DNA of 64,000 nt from Octopus sinensis (taxonomy: Eukaryota). The stretch covers positions 20,522,001-20,586,000 of the forward strand of contig NC_043021.1 in the NCBI RefSeq assembly GCF_006345805.1, given 5' to 3'. Position 1 is the stretch's first letter; every line of letters begins with the position of its first letter. A program made the translations under genes and the position numbers. This document shows, piece after piece, positions 35,793-47,012 of the stretch. The notes below the pieces were generated by a model that did not search any database, was not told the origin of the DNA, and saw only the letters and a list, made by a program, of their open reading frames with translations.

Positions 35793-36154
35793 ATGCGTGT
35801 GTGCGTCTGTGTTTGTCCCCCTAGCATTGCTTGACAACCGATGCTGGTGTGTTTATGTCCCCGTTACTTAGCGGTTCGGCAAAAGAGACCGATAGAATAA
35901 ATACTGGGCTTACAAAAGAATAAGTCCCGGGGTCGAGTTGCTCGATTAAAAGGCGGTGCTCCAGCATGGCCGCAGTCAAATGACTGAAACAAGTAAAAGA
36001 GTATAACAGAAACCCTTTTCTCCCACCCCTTACCCATTCCTAACACAAACTCTAACCCTAAGAGAAACCGTAACCGTAACCCTAACCCCCCCATATATAA
36101 AAAAAAAACAACACTTTTTTGAAATGTATCCGGTACTTATACCGTAAGATCGCC
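35508..36154. mobile_element. Merlin/Mutator-like MITE interrupted by a SINE
   Basis: GGCGATCTTACGGTA / TACCGTAAGATCGCC TIRs; 8-bp TSD GAAATAAA; TTAGGG and TAACCC runs; SINE at about 35607-36002. Confidence 0.75.
35607..36002 (+). mobile_element. SINE family A inside MITE
   Basis: Full-length match. Confidence 0.85.
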
Positions 36155-36234
36155 GAAATAAACAAGAGACCAAAGAGGCCGGTTCTCTGAAAAACTATCC
36201 TCGGTCAAAACAAACCCTTTTATTTTTAACTCAC

Positions 36235-36399
36235 CGGTGTGTCGATGTCACATTGCTCGATATCAACGTGTAGGGTGCTCCGGAGTCGAGCCACAGTGGA
36301 CGTACCCAGAACTAATCGGAGGGTTTGGCTACGGATTAACGGTATACACCTACGAGACACGAAGCTGAACACTTTCGACAGTCTAAAGGCAGCTGCCAT
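36235..36399 (-). CDS. DIABLO: Smac/DIABLO-like protein exon 1 (mitochondrial presequence)
   Basis: ATG in gaagaaATGG context. MAAAFRLSKVFSFVSRRCIPLIRSQTLRLVLGTSTVARLRST... is Arg/Ser/Leu-rich with no acidic residue for about 44 aa. CCG|gtgagt donor, phase 0. Confidence 0.75.
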
Positions 36400-36728
36400 T
36401 TCTTCGTTTCTTACAAGAATTTCAAGATAAACGAAAGTCGACAATGCCAAGCAGACATTTTCACAAATGAGGCCACTTCGCAGCTTCGTACTTTACGTTT
36501 TTTCGTTTTTTTTTGTTTTTTTTTCAAATATATTTCGAGTATCGTTTTTAAAATTATGAAAGTATAAAGAAACGTTGTTATATTTCAATTATTTTAAAAT
36601 TAAATTTTCATATTTCTAACAAAACGAAATCAAAAATATTTCTTTAGACATGAGTTTTCCAATAAATACGGAACTAGAAGCCACTCTGCTTGTTCTTGCA
36701 GCAAAGTCTGTGACTGCCAGCTGATAAC
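36400..36728. promoter_or_regulatory. Putative bidirectional promoter and 5' UTRs of DIABLO-like and PCYOX1-like genes
   Basis: Divergent start codons only 329 bp apart with no repeat insertions between them; transcription start sites are not visible. Confidence 0.6.
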
Positions 36729-36810
36729 ATGTCGAGGTTGCTCCTCTCACTCACATTGCTTCTCTACCTACGATTTGTGTCGGCTTTCGACGAAGAATTA
36801 CCTAGAATCG
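36729..36810 (+). CDS. PCYOX1: Prenylcysteine oxidase 1-like, exon 1 (signal peptide)
   Basis: ATG...ATC G|gtaagt. MSRLLLSLTLLLYLRFVSA-FDEELPRI is a classic signal peptide; phase 1 joins exon 2 to give [11 protein letters not shown]. Confidence 0.85.
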
Positions 36811-38521
36811 GTAAGTTTACTTGACAATTTACAATTACAATAGTAATATTTTACCCTCCCACTTTCTCAGTCAACGGACGTTTCACGTCAAGACATACTT
36901 GTTTATTCTTTCTGGTGGGAATAAGTTCATTCATATCCATTTATACACAACATGCACAAAATAGGGAGCCCGTGTGCTGTTGTTAGACAGATTTAATTTA
37001 AAGAGAGGATGCATTGGATAACAGTAATCATGCATATCCCTAATCAGATGGGATGGTCATTGCTAGAATGCTTTTAAACATTAGTTTGCTCAGTGTCGGT
37101 AACCTGGGGCTAAACAATTTCAATAACATGCTTATGTGTTCGAAACAACGAAGGGGCCTCCGCCAGTTAAAAATTGTAGCCAGTCGCACTCAAATTATAT
37201 CCTGTTCGCTTTAAAAAAAAAGGCGCACATTCGCAAAAAGAAAACAAAACCAGACGGACACATTGGATAAGTCTAATATACATCGTCTAAAAAAATGGGA
37301 TGGTCACGGACAGGATGTTTTTGTCGTAGGGGTGTTGACTAGGCTTGTCCTGCAGTTTGACAACAATCACAACAATCTGTTCAGTTCCTATTCTGACATC
37401 AACAGGTGCGTGACAGCTGTTGCTGTCGAGTGTTTCCCTCTTTTGGGGGGAACTTTTACGCGGTCGCTCGATTTGCGAGAAACAATAGCTAAATCTCTAT
37501 AAATTCACATTGTCAACAGTTTGAGAAAAGAGCACGTTGGATAATGCAGCCCCTGGTAGATCTAACAGCTAAATCTCCTTCGTTCCAACAAAAGAAGGAC
37601 ACGTTGAATATTGTAGATTTTTTTACACACACCGGCTTTGAGTAAAACAAAACCGAATGGTCACAACCGGAACAGCTTTGAATATTATGTCCGAAGAAAA
37701 AAAAAAAAAAAAGATAGCCGAGGCTGAAATGTTCAGCCAGAGCCACCCTGATGTCAACAACATATGCTTGTCCCCTCATGTCCGCCACTCTACTCAGCAT
37801 TATTAATAAAGTAGGTGCAAACTTACCCAAAGTAGTAAACCTGGAAATTTTGATAAAAATGCCGTGGCCAAACTATATGAAGTACATTTAGTACTCAGCT
37901 TACTTTTGGCTTTTTCTTCAATCATTCTAATTTGTGTATGATCCTTTCTTACGTTCCACGGCTCAGGCGTGGCTGTGTTGCTTCTCACTTCAGTCCCACT
38001 GCAAGGTACCTTGGACAAGTGTCTTGTACTATAGCCCCAGGGGTTAGCTCGCATTTTTTTCCATATTCGTTCTCTATACATTATTTTACACCCATTACAC
38101 TATATTTTTTTTTTCAGTTTTGTGACCGGTTGTTTAAAGTTGGTTTATCGGATCGTGTGAATTTTCCGAGTCCTCTTCTCACCCCACCCGTTCGTTTACT
38201 ACACCTTATTTTACACCTATTACACTTTTTCCCCCCATTTTTGTGGCCGGGTCCTAAACTAGAGATTAACCGCCCCAGGCCGGCCAAAGCTTCGTGAGTG
38301 AATTTGATAGACGAAAACTTTAAGAAGTCCATTGTGTGTGTCTTTGCCCCCTACTACCAATCGGTGTTGGTTTGTTTACTTTCCCGTAATTTAGTTCGGC
38401 ACAAGACACCAATAGAGCTCTTCAAAGCGGTGTTCCAGCATGGCTGCAGTCTAATGACTGAAACAAGTAAAAGATAAAGATAACACCACTAATCCGTTTT
38501 TATGTGAATTTATTGACAACA

Positions 38522-38696
38522 GGCGCAGGAGTGGCTGTGTGGTAAGTAGCTTGTTTACCAACCACATGGTTCCGGGTTCAGTCCCACTGCGTGGCATCTT
38601 CGGTAAGTGTCTTTTACTATAGCCTCGGGTTGACCAAAGCCTTGTGAGTGGATTTGGTAGACGGAAACTGAAAGAAGCCTGTCGTATATATGTATG

Positions 38697-38754
<58 letters not shown>

Positions 38755-39490
38755 AAATGAGAAAATGGAGAAACATACCTAAATCCATCATCAACCATCA
38801 GATAATACCCAATCAATACTTTATTAAACCATTACACAACAGCAATGACATTATACATAATATATTGCAAATATAATTAGACATGGAAATAGAAATAGAA
38901 AATACAATTACGTAAATGTAATTGTATTTTCTATTTCTATTTCCATGTCTAGTTATATTTGTAATATATTATGTATAATGTCATTGCTGTTGTGTAATGG
39001 TTTAATAAAGTATTGATTGGGTATTATCTGATGGTTGATGATGGATTTAGGTATGTTTCTCCATTTTCTCATTTTGTATTATTAATTTACGGTAATAATT
39101 TTACCCTTGCCCACATAATACAGTGGATGAATTAATTGCACCGCAATTTTTAACATTTATGTATTAGTCTTGTTGGGTACCTCTCTAGCAGTATATTGGA
39201 TTTATGTTATCCCATGGAGGGTTGAATTTACAACCCCTATCTCATTTTATAACTGATATATATATATATATATGTATATGTATGTATGTGTGTGTCTGTG
39301 TTTGTCCCCCCAACATCTCTTGACAACCGATGCTGGTGTGTTTATGTCCCCATCACTTAGCAGTTCGGCAAAAGAGGCCGATAGAATAAGTACTGGGCTT
39401 ACAAAGAATAAGTCCCGGGGTCGAGTTGCTCGACTAAAGGCGGTGCTCCAGCATGGCCGCAGTCAAATGACTGAAACAAGTAAAAGAGTA
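38522..39490 (+). mobile_element. SINE family A split by a roughly 500-bp insertion in its (TA)n core
   Basis: 5' half 38522-38750 and 3' half about 39258-39490. Confidence 0.8.
38751..39078. repeat. 161-bp near-perfect palindrome, 6-nt loop
   Basis: 38751-38911 is the reverse complement of 38918-39078 with 2 mismatches. Confidence 0.92.
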
Positions 39491-40363
39491 ACAGACTTGA
39501 TAGAGAATTTTGCTACAGTTGTTTAACTGCAGGCCAGTCCTGAAATCGATCAGATGAGTAATCAAAGATGTTCCAACCATGGCCATCACTTCTTTATTTC
39601 AATGTAGCTAGCATAATATATGGTCCAGTGGATTCTTTTTTTTTAAATCATAGGATGTAATTCAATGGAGATTTGACTGCTATTTTTAGCAAGTCAAGTG
39701 ACCATAAAAACGATGTTGTTTGGCTCCATTTCAGCTATGCAATGGAGCAGATATATGATCAAAAGCTTTCCTGTCATGACCACCCACTCTCTTACTAATA
39801 TATAATGTATATGCAAGTCTATTATTCAATTTGTGCTTTCTTTTCTTTTAAGCTGGTATATTGGGGCATGGAATAAACTACCCACATCAGTTGTTAGGGG
39901 TCAGAACACTACATCTTTCAAAACTTCAATGTTTCCTGAACTTTGTGGCTGTGTGGTAAGAAGCTTGCTTCCAGGCCACGTGGTTCCTAGTTCAATCCCA
40001 CTGTGTGGCACCTTAGACAAGTGTCTTCCTCTACAGCCTTGAGCTGACCTAAGTCTTGTGAGTGGATTTGGTAGACGGAAACTGAAAGAAACCAGTCGTG
40101 TGTGTGTGTGTGTATATATATATAGGCGCAGGAGTGGCTGTGTGGTAAGTAGCTTGTTTACCAACCACATGGTTTTGGGTCCAGTCCCACTGCGTGGCAC
40201 CTTGGGCAGGTGTCTTCTACTATAGCCTCGACCCAGGACTTATTCTTTGGAAGTCTAGTACTTATTCTATCGGTTCCTTTTGCTGAACCGCTAAGTTATG
40301 GGGACATAAACACACCAGCATCGGTTGTCAAGCGATGTTGTGGGGACAAACACAGACACACAA

Positions 40364-40408
<45 letters not shown>

Positions 40409-40437
40409 TATATATATATGTTGATTCGCTAGCCTCT

Positions 40438-40620
40438 GCACGCATTTTTTTTCTCTCCTTCTTTCTGTGTTTCTTCTCTGTGTATCTTTCTGTTGAAGAG
40501 CGTAGGCTCGAAACGTAAAAGACTTGTTTTATTTATATTCCTGAGTCCAAACTAATACAATTGTTTGTTTGTATTCCACCTGCCTTCGTCTTTTGTTTAT
40601 TTTCATAAAGCTTCCCGTTA
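40438..40620 (+). mobile_element. Penelope-like pseudo-LTR, second family
   Basis: Flanked by (TA)n; contains TCTTT-CTGTTGA-A-GAGC-GTAG-GCTC-GAAAC-GTA-AAAGA. Confidence 0.55.
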
Positions 40621-41066
40621 TATATACGTTATAAAAATAGGGTTCAGTAAAATAATTTACTTTACCACACACCGAACTTTTTAGAAATAGCAGCCAAAAA
40701 TCTTAGCTATTTCTTCTACTGTAAGAAAAATCTCCCAGACAATGCATACTCAAAAATAACTCACACAGGTATAGAGGGAAAAATAACGAAAGATCACACC
40801 TATATAAGATTACCTGAGAATAGGCCCGTTTCTGGATTAGTTGAATATAAAGATCAACATTTCCTTCGTCAGCTCAGAGATTTCTCATGGTTTGGATTTG
40901 AGAGCAGTAAAAATCGAACATACCCGTCTGGTGTGAGTAATCCCAGACAAACCATATCCGACCGCCAGTACCAACGAATTCAAAAATACAAGTGAGGCCT
41001 CGCATTCATCCCCATCAACCCACGTGAGTTACAGAGGGAACTGTAGTTACATTTCAGGGAGAGAGA

Positions 41067-41098
<32 letters not shown>

Positions 41099-41494
41099 AC
41101 ACACACACACACACATATACATATATACAACGGGCTTCTTTCAGTTTCCGTCTCATGAGGCTTTGGTCGGCCCGAGGCTATAGTAGAAAACACTTGCCCA
41201 AGGTGCCACGCAGTGGGACTGAACCCAGAACCATGTGGTTGGTAAGCAAGCTACTTACCACACAGCCACTCCTACGCCTGTTTATTTTTACTTTATATGT
41301 AGTTGAATACACCCTCACTCACCTAATGTCAAAACATTTTCTCTCTCTCTGTCTCTCACCACACATGTGTGCACATGGGTATGTTGATGCAAACAGGAAA
41401 CATAGAACTCAGCATATGAACATATGTATATTTTAATTAATATTTAGCAGAAGTAACAGTGACTCAATGTAATGTCAGAAGAAATGCCACTAAG

Positions 41495-41890
41495 CAGGAG
41501 TGGCTGTGTGGTAAGTAGCTTGCTAACCAACCACATGGTTCCGGGTTCAGTCCCACTGCATGGCACCTTGGGCAAGTGTCTTCTACTATAGCCTCAGGCC
41601 AACCAAAGCCTTGTGAGTGAATTTGGTAGACGGAAACTGAAAGAAGCCCGTCGTATATATGTATATACATATATGTGTTTGTGTGTCTGTGTTTGTCCCC
41701 CCAACATCACTTGACAACCGATGCTGGTGTGTTTACGTCCCTGTAACTTAGCAGTTCGGCAAAAAGAGACTGATAAAATAAGTACTAGGCTTACAAAGAA
41801 TAAGTCCTGGGGTCGATTTGATCGACTAAAGGCGGTGCTCCAGCATGGCCACAGTCACATGACTGAAACAAGTAAAAGAGAAAAAGAGTA
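41495..41890 (+). mobile_element. SINE family A
   Basis: Full-length match. Confidence 0.85.
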
Positions 41891-42874
41891 AGCATCATGT
41901 CCAACGTGCAAACAGTTGTGCCAGTTTGTTACTCTGGTGGGAGATATAATAATCGTATGTGTCTGTCTGTGTGTCATTCAAGCTAAAACTATCAAAAGGG
42001 AAGCACAACAACAAACCTTGAAAGATAAAAGCTTGATATAATGTCTATTGTTAATAAATCTTAACCAGAGTAAAGTTCTTTTTCTTTATTAATGTGGGTT
42101 TATTGGCAGAATCAGAAATAGCATTGGACAAAAATGCCTCGTGATACTTAATCACTTCACTCTATGTACAGAGTTCAAATCCTGCAGTGATTTCATATTT
42201 CAGGAGTTGATAAAGTACTAGTCATGTATTGGGATCTGTTTTATTGATAAACCCTTTCCCCAAATTTCTGTCTTTGTGTTTATATAAGAGACAAGAATAA
42301 TAATAATGATAATAAATGCCTGATGCAGTCCCAGACAGTAGCTCTCATGGCTTCTGATCTTAACCGATTGGAAGTGTTATCATGTACATTGTTTTGTCTT
42401 GGTATAAAAGATGGGCTACAGCAAATATTCTATAAGCTTAAAGCTTATAAGCAATCACTGTGCAATGACTAAAGAAAATAGTCTAATATTGGGGCATATA
42501 AGTCCTTGATGGAAAATATTCTAACTGAGCCCCACCTGCAAGGTCATGCGCTGTTTATCTTTAAGCTTATAGAATATTATTATTATTTACAGAATTTTAA
42601 AAATCTATGCTGCTTACTAAAAACCTTCTTTCAGTTTCTGTCTCCCAAATCCACTCCCAATACTTCAGTCAGCCTGAGGCTATAGGAGAAGACGCCTGTC
42701 CAAGATGCCATACTGTGGAACTGAACCTGGTATTACATGGTTGAGAAGCAAACTTCTTACCACACAGCCATGCCTGTGTGTGTCTTTATGACTGTCTCTC
42801 AGTTTGCCTGTCTAGTATCTAAATACATCACACAGTATGATACTCCATACATGGCATACAGATGCTCTCTTTAC

Positions 42875-43272
42875 GCTTTTACTTGTTTCAGTCATTTGAC
42901 TGCGGCCATGCTGGAGCACCGCCTTTAATCGAGCAACTCGACCCCGGGACTTATTCTTTGTAAGCCCAGTACTTATTCTATCGGTCTCTTTTGCCGAACC
43001 GCTAAGTGACGGGGACATAAACACACCAGCATCGGTTTTCAAGCAATGCTAGGGGGACAAACACACACACAAACACACACACGCACATATATATATATGT
43101 ATACATATATACAACAGGCTTCTTTCAGTTTCCGTCTACCAAATCCACTCACAAGGCTTTGGTCGGCCCGAGGCTATAGTATGACACTTGCCCATGGTGC
43201 CACGCAGGGGGACTGAACCCGGAACCATGTGGTTGGTAAGCAAGCTACTTACCACACAGCCACTCCTGCACC
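42875..43272 (-). mobile_element. SINE family A
   Basis: Full-length reverse-complement match. Confidence 0.85.
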
Positions 43273-43404
43273 TATATGCTGTTTTCCTTTTTTTAATTTA
43301 TGATTGTTTTTCTTAATTGAATAATAAATTTTTTTTAAAAATGATAATAGCAGGGAATTTCGCTGTTTAATTTTCCCAGTTTTCTTCTTCAATTCTTGTT
43401 GCAG

Positions 43405-43611
43405 CAATTGTCGGCGCTGGCATTGGAGGAACATCAACAGCTTACTACCTACGTCAACTGTTTGGGGACCAAGCCGTCATAGATATATATGAATCCAATA
43501 GTGTTGGCGGACGTTTGGACACTTTGAAATTTGACGGAGAATTCATAGAAACTGGTGGCAGTACACTTCATCCCAAAAATGCTTACATGCTGAATTTTAC
43601 AAAGATTTTAG
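43405..43611 (+). CDS. PCYOX1: Prenylcysteine oxidase 1-like, exon 2 (FAD-binding GxGxxG)
   Basis: gttgcag|CA acceptor, G|gtaagg donor. [21 protein letters not shown]...VGGRL...ETGGSTLHPKNAYM closely matches human PCYOX1 [20 protein letters not shown] (recalled). Confidence 0.93.
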
Positions 43612-44397
43612 GTAAGGGGTTTAATTTTACTTATTCCATTTGTGATTGTACATGTAGGGTTGTTGCCAGATCTGACTGACCTGGTGCAGCCTTCGGGCTT
43701 CCCAGACTCCAGTTGAACTGTCCAACCCATGCTAGCATGGAAAGCGGATGTTAAACGATGATGATGATGAATACATTAATGATATGATATAGATGAGGGA
43801 TCACTTGGCTCGTCCGTTTGGACATAAACCTGTAGAAAATTTTGGCCAGACATGGCCAGTTTAACCCTTTAGCATTTAAACTGGCTGTTTTGGGCTGAAA
43901 TATTCTACCTGTTTTATGTTCAGACTGGCCAGATCCAGCCTATTACACCTGCCCTACAATGTCATTCTAAAAATATTCAATCACATCATTGAAATCTCAA
44001 AGCTTTGTCCTCCACTCACTATAGTCACACCCCTATGTACCTCTGACTTCCATCTCTGTCACTGTAATCTCTCTCTCTCTCTCAGATTGTACGCTTCATT
44101 AACCTATTTTCTGATCCATCTACATGTATATCATATGGCTGCTCTCCACCCTTCCTGTCTTGTTACTTATCACCTCCTCTTTTCTGAGCCATTCCTATTT
44201 CAATCATTATCTTGCTATGAAACAGGTGAGAGTTGATGACAGGAAGAGCATCCAGCTGTAGAAATATCTAACTCTTCTGTCACTATATTTCTGTTGAAAT
44301 ATACTGCCTTTGTTTCAAATAATTTTGAAAATAATGAAAAATTTATCAAAATAGCTTTGTGTTAATTTAGCTGGTGTTTAGAACATTAATTAACATG

Positions 44398-44664
44398 TGT
44401 GGTGTGAACGATGAAAAGAGTACAACAGAAAAAGGGAGAATGGAAATGTAATTGGGCCTTACCTCGTCGGAGATTAATTCGGATCCCTCTCAGCCAACTC
44501 GATGCGTCTGGTGCCTTCGTCGTGTCTCACCGCAACTGCTCGATCCCACACGTGCGTTCTGCCTGCCGCTTCCTCCCGCACATGCGCCCTGCAAGCCCTA
44601 CTTCCGCCCTGCGAGCCCTACTTCTGCTCTTCCCTATCCGTCATCCTCTCTCACCAACACCACA
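44398..44664. mobile_element. Solo LTR inserted in a piggyBac-like MITE
   Basis: TGTGGTG...CACCACA termini with 5-bp TSD ACATG; the interrupted MITE sequence resumes after it. Confidence 0.75.
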
Positions 44665-44837
44665 ACATGAAATTTTGATAGAAGGTTTTAATTTGGATCA
44701 TATTAAACAGGTAAGTTTGTATCATAGAACCAGGTGTGGTTGACCCATGCAAGCATGGAAAAATGGATGTTGAAATGACAATAGGATCACTTGCTTATAG
44801 GTCGTGAGCTCAAATCCACAGCAGTTGTTTGCTTCTC

Positions 44838-45221
44838 TTAATTTGAAAAGTCTGGGTGCATACACGTTAGCATATGTCAGGTGCATACAATTGACAACAC
44901 AGTTAATTAAGATTTATTCAGTGAGTTCTATTCAACACATGTTTACATGTGGAATCCATTAGATGAAGGCATTTTCAAAGTTTTGGCTGATAAAGTTGAA
45001 CTGAAAAACCCTACAATGAGGCATGAATTGCACAAAGCCGTCTTGCAGTCTTGGGAAGAGCTATCTGAGTGGAAAATTCGTGGATGTATTCAACACCAAA
45101 CTTGTGTTCGGCGTCAAATAGTTGACTGTCGTGGTGGTAACAGATTCGTGTAATAAATTTTGTGTTTATTTTTGTTTCATAATACATATTTTTTTCGGAT
45201 GCAGCCAGACTTTTCACACAG
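44838..45221 (+). mobile_element. Non-autonomous Tc1-like element, second copy
   Basis: Same sequence as 1517-1896; right TIR followed by TA. Encodes WNPLDEGIFKVLADKVELKNPTMRHELHKAVLQSWEELSEWKIRGCI...IVDCRGG, like the region after the last DDE residue in Tc1. Confidence 0.7.
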
Positions 45222-45387
45222 TATTCTTGTGCTTCATTGTACAACAGTTTTTTCGGATAGTCATTCTGTTGACAAAATTTGTAAAATAGGTATACTTTTG
45301 AAGTTTGTTAGTTTTGAATATATTCCACATTGATTTTTTTTTTCCCTCATCTTTTGAACTTAACTTGAAAATATTTCTCCTTGCCAG

Positions 45388-45565
45388 GCTTGGAAGCAAA
45401 AGAGCTTGAAAACAATGGATTTGGAATATACGATGGCAAAGAGTTTCAGTTTAGAACCAGTAGTTACAAAATTGTAACCCTCCTGAAAGCTTTCTGGCGT
45501 TACGGAAATGATTTGCAGAGAGTTGCAAATTGGGTAGATGATTTGATTAGCAAAAAATTTACCCG
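45388..45565 (+). CDS. PCYOX1: Prenylcysteine oxidase 1-like, exon 3
   Basis: ttgccag|GC acceptor, CG|gtaagt donor. GLEAKELENNGFGIYDGKEFQFRTSSYKIVTLLKAFWRYG...; phases 1 to 2. Confidence 0.92.
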
Positions 45566-46036
45566 GTAAGTTGTTGTTTTTTTTTGGTGCTTTTTTTTTT
45601 TGTACATTTTTTTACTGAAGGAATCAAATATAATCACTCAAAATTTCATTAGCCTTAACTTTGGAAAGCAGTTTTGCATACCAGTCTATCTTTTGTTGAG
45701 GAATGTTATGTTTGAAGCTAGCACCCACTACACTCTTGGAGTGGTTGGCGTTAGGAAGGGCATCCAGCTGTAGAAACTCTGCCAGATCAAGATTGGAGCC
45801 TGGTGTGGCCGTCTGGTTCGCCTGCCCTCAGTCAAAATCGTCCAACCCATGCTAGCATGGAAAGCAGACGTTAAACGATGATGATGATGATGATGATATG
45901 TCAAGTTTACTGAGGCAATGTGATTTGCAGAAAATATCAATTCTATTTTTTGATAGTTATTTAACATCATTACTGGAATAACCATTAGATTTGTTAATTA
46001 CAACATTAAAAGAATAAATAATATCATCAATGTATA

Positions 46037-46437
46037 GGCGCAGGAGTGGCTGTGTGGTAAGTAGCTTGCTTACCAACCGCATGGTTCCGGGTCCAGTCCC
46101 ACTGTGTGGCACCTTGGGCAAGTGTCTTATACTATAGCATCGGGCCGACCAAAGCCTTGCGAGTGGATTTGGTAGACGGAAATTGAAAGAAGCCTGTCAT
46201 ATATAAGTATATGTATATATATATGTGTGTGTGTTTGTGTGTCTGTGTTTGTCTCCCAAACATCGCTTGACAACCGATGCTGGTGTGTTTATGTCCCCGT
46301 AACTTAGCGGTTCAGCAAAAGGGACCGATAGAATAAATACTAGGCTTCCAAAGAATAAGACCTGGGGTCGATTTGGTCGACTAAAGGCGGTGCTCCAGCA
46401 TGGCCACAGTCAAATGACTGAAACAAGTAAAGAGTAA
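46037..46437 (+). mobile_element. SINE family A
   Basis: Full-length match. Confidence 0.85.
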
Positions 46438-46688
46438 AATGTCATAATCAACTTCGTTAGTGTAATCATCTTCATCATTGTTGCTATCATTGGTTGACCT
46501 TTTTACAGCAGAAATCAGATGTATCCACTCAAAATTTCTTTGACTTTAGAAAGCAGTTTTATATCCCAATCTATCTTTTGTTAAAGAATGTCATTTTGAA
46601 ACTATTTTCTGTCTGGATCCAGTCTTCAAATGCAAAGATACCCTAACTTAGCAAGCATTATATACTAGTTGGCTGCTACTGTTTAAGT

Positions 46689-46889
46689 CAGTGGTTTTCA
46701 ACCAGGTTTCCGCCAGTACAGTCCAGGGGTTCCGCAAGAAGTTACAAAACTGCTAAAATCGGCAGTAATTTTTAATTCTCCTGTGCAGATATGTTTGCAT
46801 AAGACTATTAAATTATTGCACAGGGGTTCCTCGAGCCAGTGGAATGCTTCCTTGGGGTTCCGCTCCAGCAAAAAGTTTGAAAAGCACTG
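46689..46889. mobile_element. hAT MITE, same family
   Basis: Same TIRs and interior; TSD GTTTAAGT. Confidence 0.85.
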
Positions 46890-47012
46890 GTTTAAGTGTT
46901 ACAGAAAATTTAGCTGCTATTTTTAGGAGCTTGAAAGACTGCATAGGGAGTCATTGCTCCAGTATGTTTCTTATTCTGCTTGCTAATATTCCGTTTTTCA
47001 TCGCTCAACCAG

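Noticed and set aside
36400-36450. Upstream extension MALSTFVYLEILVRNEE of DIABLO exon 1
   Set aside because: Starts at TTG; the ATG at 36399 has a strong context and gives a clean presequence.
39860-39945. Separate coding exon (AWNKLPTSVV...)
   Set aside because: A tiny remnant of the CR1 3' end seen at 58372-58480.
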